64,000 nucleotides of DNA. Origin: Stegostoma tigrinum. Its lineage: Eukaryota. A model generated the notes under the pieces. That model saw only the letters and a list, made by a program, of their open reading frames with translations. It did no database searches and had not been told where the DNA came from. Positions 63,735 through 64,000 of this stretch are shown here, piece by piece (within the stretch, counting starts at the first letter, position 1; the number at the start of each line of letters is the position of its first letter). A program made the translations under genes and the position numbers. The stretch lies in NCBI RefSeq assembly GCF_030684315.1, contig NC_081373.1:14287097-14351096 (forward strand), read 5' to 3'.

Positions 63735-64000
63735 TTTATTCATTCTTGGGATGAGGGCATTACTGACTAGGCAGCATTTATTGCCCATTCTTATTTGCCC
63801 AGAAGGCAGTTAAGGGTCAGCCACATTGCTCTGAGTCTGGAGTCACATGTAGGACAAACCAGGTAAGGATGGCAGTTTCCTTTCGGTTTTTCCAACAATT
63901 GACAATGGATTCATGGTCATTATTAGATTGTGAATTTTATTATTTTTATTGAAATGGAATCCCACCATCTGCCACGGCAGGATTTTAACCTGGGTCCCCA
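63735..64000 (-). mobile_element. tRNA-derived SINE (family 2), runs off the window
   Basis: Homology to 35905-36260. Confidence 0.8.

Overview
Vertebrate genomic DNA, most likely a shark (inferred from HE1-type SINEs and abundant CR1 and Penelope-like repeats). Three spliced genes can be reconstructed exon by exon. (1) The last four coding exons of an O-GlcNAcase (OGA/MGEA5-like) gene on + (3809-19872). (2) A complete DNA polymerase lambda gene (POLL) on - (ATG 50598 to stop 34992, non-coding exon 1 near 54543). (3) DPCD exons 1-5 on + (54788-63395), head-to-head with POLL across a ~250 bp bidirectional promoter with an RFX X-box, a YY1 site and ETS-like sites. Most other sequence is CR1 LINE, tRNA-derived SINE, Penelope-like element (PLE) and LTR relics. 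The most striking pattern is a series of fold-back (palindromic) PLE derivatives from at least four families, several with 14-15 bp target-site duplications, and each family carrying a minimal hammerhead-ribozyme core (CUGANGA...GAAA). Other points of interest: an OGA-like gene in the position BTRC occupies in human, fusion of POLL exons 3 and 4, and a partial duplicate of DPCD exon 3 that could act as a poison exon. Exon coordinates were read by hand, repeat boundaries are approximate, and comparisons with human proteins and gene order are from memory.
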